NCBI GenBank assembly: GCA_000437915.1
Contig: FR901000.1
Coordinates: forward strand, 37,235 to 101,234
Source of the DNA: Subdoligranulum sp. CAG:314
GTDB lineage: Bacteria > Bacillota > Clostridia > Christensenellales > CAG-314
Direction of reading: 5' to 3'
DNA length: 64,000 bases
The notes under the pieces were generated by a model. That model was not told the origin of the DNA. It worked only from the letters and a program-made list of their open reading frames with translations, and searched no databases. The number at the start of each line of letters is the position of its first letter. The stretch's first letter is position 1. Shown here in pieces: positions 62,155-64,000 of this stretch. The translations under genes and the position numbers were made by a program.

Positions 62155-64000
62155 CTATTGCATTTCCTGATTTAACGCCTCCGTTTCGGGCTGTTTTTCA
62201 ACGTCGTCTACAAACGGAAGCTTGTGTTTTGTTGTTTTGTCGAGGATTTTGTCGAAAACGGCAAGCAGCGCGGGAAGCACCACGAGCACCATAATCACGG
62301 AAACTATCGTTCCTCTCGCAAGCAGCAGCCCGACGGAATTGATTGCCTCCACCGTGGAAATAAGCCCAACGCAAAAGCCCGCCACCGTCATAATGCTGCC
62401 CGAGGTGAAAACCGTGGGCATGGCTGCTTTCAACGCCGCGCCGAGCGCTTCCCTTCTGCCGAGACTCTGACGGTATTTTACGTAAGTGCTGCTCAGCAGG
62501 ATTCCGTAGTCGATTGTCGCGCCCATAAGGATACAGCTTACTATTATATACGACATGAAGAAAACGGGCGAACCGAAAATAGCCGAAAAGGACATGCTTA
62601 TCCAAATGGCTCCCTGAATGATATACACGAGCAGAAGAGGCATACTCACGGAAAGAAAGGTCAGTCCTATGATGAGCACGACGCAGCCGATTGTAATAAG
62701 CGTCGTTTTGGTCAGGTCGCTGTCAAAAGCCTTTTCCACGTCGTAAAGCACCGCGCTTTCTCCCGCCATATAGGTGGCGCGCCCGTCGAACAGCCCCGAA
62801 TCGAGCATTTCCTCCAAATCCGCCAGAAACGCGAAGGTTTTTTCGTCCGCCTGCTCTATGTCTAGAATAAACACGGCGCGGCAATAGTTCTCGCTCTCGA
62901 ACATTTTCATCGCCCCGTCTATCATAGCCGTGACGTCAAGCGCCGCAAGCTCCTCGCGCTGCCCGTAAATTTCGTCCGCCAGCTCAAACAGCGGTTCGGG
63001 GTCAATTTTGAGTACGGTTTCGCAAAGCAGTCTGACAGTCTGTCTCCACTCCTCGTCCTGCAAATCCGTGACCAGAGCAATCAACGGCACGTTGTTGTCG
63101 TAAACAGTGTCGTAATCCATCATGGTATAGTACATTTCAACAAACGACGACTTCATGTCCGTCATGGACGCGAGCTTCTGAGGCGTAATTTTAATGTTCA
63201 GTATTCCCTCCGACATATATTGCGCGGCAAACTGACGTATTTCCAACGGAGTAACCGCCTGCCCGCTTTTTTCCATAAACAAATACAGCTTTTCCACCAT
63301 ATCCGAGTCGAGGCGAAGCATACCCGAAAGCTCCTGTTCGGTGTATTCCTTAACAGGCGAATAAATTGCCGTCACGTCCCTGTCGGTGCCGTCCTCGTTT
63401 TTGAAATCCTCGTAATTTTCCAAAAAACTGACGATTTCGCGGTGTCCTGCGATATTTTCATCCTCCTCTCCCTTTTCAAAAAGCACCATAAACATATTGT
63501 TGTTGCCGAAAATCTCAGTCACCTGCTCCGCCTGCCCGTCGGAAGCGAGATTTACTTTGAAGCTGTAAGTATTGAAGCCTATGCTGAGCACCGCGCAGCC
63601 CGCTATCACGACGACCGATGCAAGGGAAATGACCTTTCTCAGCGAAAAGGAAAAACCCGACAAGCGTTTGGTCGGGAGCATAAGCCGCTTGTGGCGCGTT
63701 TTGGCAATCGGCTTTTTGAACAGCAGAATCAGCGCGGGCATAAGCAGAAAAACCGTTAACATACTGATTAAAACGCCCTTTGACAGCACCATGCCGATGT
63801 CGAAACCTATTGTAAAGGTCATAAACAACAGCGCGGCAAGCCCCGCTACGGTAGTGAGACAGCTTGAAAACACGGAAGCGAAGCTCTCGCTCAAAGCCCG
63901 CGTCAAGGCTTCCTCCGCATCAAGTCCTTCATCCGTCTTTGCGTTGTAATTGTGCAGAAGAATAATGCTGTAATCCATAGCCAGCGCCAGCTGCAAGACG
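62155..64000 (-). CDS. MMPL/RND-superfamily transporter, C-terminal part (5' end beyond the window)
   Basis: Two TM bundles separated by a large soluble loop; SSCLTTVAGLAALLF and VFTSGSIMTVAGF are RND/MMPL-type repeats. The open frame continues to the window edge. Confidence 0.8.
   Translation of the reverse strand, partial: VLQLALAMDYSIILLHNYNAKTDEGLDAEEALTRALSESFASVFSSCLTTVAGLAALLFMTFTIGFDIGMVLSKGVLISMLTVFLLMPALILLFKKPIAKTRHKRLMLPTKRLSGFSFSLRKVISLASVVVIAGCAVLSIGFNTYSFKVNLASDGQAEQVTEIFGNNNMFMVLFEKGEEDENIAGHREIVSFLENYEDFKNEDGTDRDVTAIYSPVKEYTEQELSGMLRLDSDMVEKLYLFMEKSGQAVTPLEIRQFAAQYMSEGILNIKITPQKLASMTDMKSSFVEMYYTMMDYDTVYDNNVPLIALVTDLQDEEWRQTVRLLCETVLKIDPEPLFELADEIYGQREELAALDVTAMIDGAMKMFESENYCRAVFILDIEQADEKTFAFLADLEEMLDSGLFDGRATYMAGESAVLYDVEKAFDSDLTKTTLITIGCVVLIIGLTFLSVSMPLLLVYIIQGAIWISMSFSAIFGSPVFFMSYIIVSCILMGATIDYGILLSSTYVKYRQSLGRREALGAALKAAMPTVFTSGSIMTVAGFCVGLISTVEAINSVGLLLARGTIVSVIMVLVVLPALLAVFDKILDKTTKHKLPFVDDVEKQPETEALNQEMQ

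Noticed and set aside
1-64000. CRISPR arrays, rRNA/tRNA genes, insertion sequences, prophage or defence-system genes.
   Set aside because: I saw no regularly spaced direct repeats, no tRNA-like cloverleaf candidates in the intergenic regions I read, and no transposase, integrase, nuclease-helicase or toxin-antitoxin-like ORFs. This was scanning by eye, so a tRNAscan/Infernal pass is still advisable.

Overview
This window is a mostly minus-strand, housekeeping segment of a spore-forming Firmicutes/Clostridia-type chromosome; spoIIGA, spoVG, a sigH-like sigma factor and a cwlD-like amidase are present. It carries the transcription/translation supercluster in a permuted order: rpoB-rpoC-L7Ae-rpsL-rpsG-fusA-tuf-rpmG-secE-nusG-rplK-rplA-rplJ-rplL. 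Other recognised genes are uvrC, trpS, prfA, a DUF1385-prmC fusion, rpmE, murC, purA-purB, sdaAB-sdaAA, fumC, a fused ispDF, a tightly packed mrnC-rlmB-sigH-dnaX-ybaB-recR string, tex and pepT. I recognised no rRNA, tRNA, CRISPR array, transposase or integrase. rpmG (55 aa) and the edge-truncated spoIIGA are absent from the ORF track and were found by hand translation. I found no obvious large novel multi-gene system. The best second-look items are: (1) a purA leader in which a 25-codon uORF ends inside the 5' arm of an intrinsic terminator; (2) a trpS-coupled module of DUF5685, an HPD-less J-like protein with a cysteine-string tail, and a membrane protein; (3) a DnaA-box cluster upstream of the cwlD-like gene, away from any dnaA; (4) an AT-rich three-gene islet of exported proteins/lipoproteins between purA and fumC; (5) a possible antisense transcription unit in the rpoB upstream region; (6) two long non-coding spacers with perfect palindromes and repeats (20387-20825 and 56797-57274); and (7) a single-gene AT-rich islet with a possible orphan immunity protein. 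All functional calls come from reading the translations and the DNA by eye. No database search was run.
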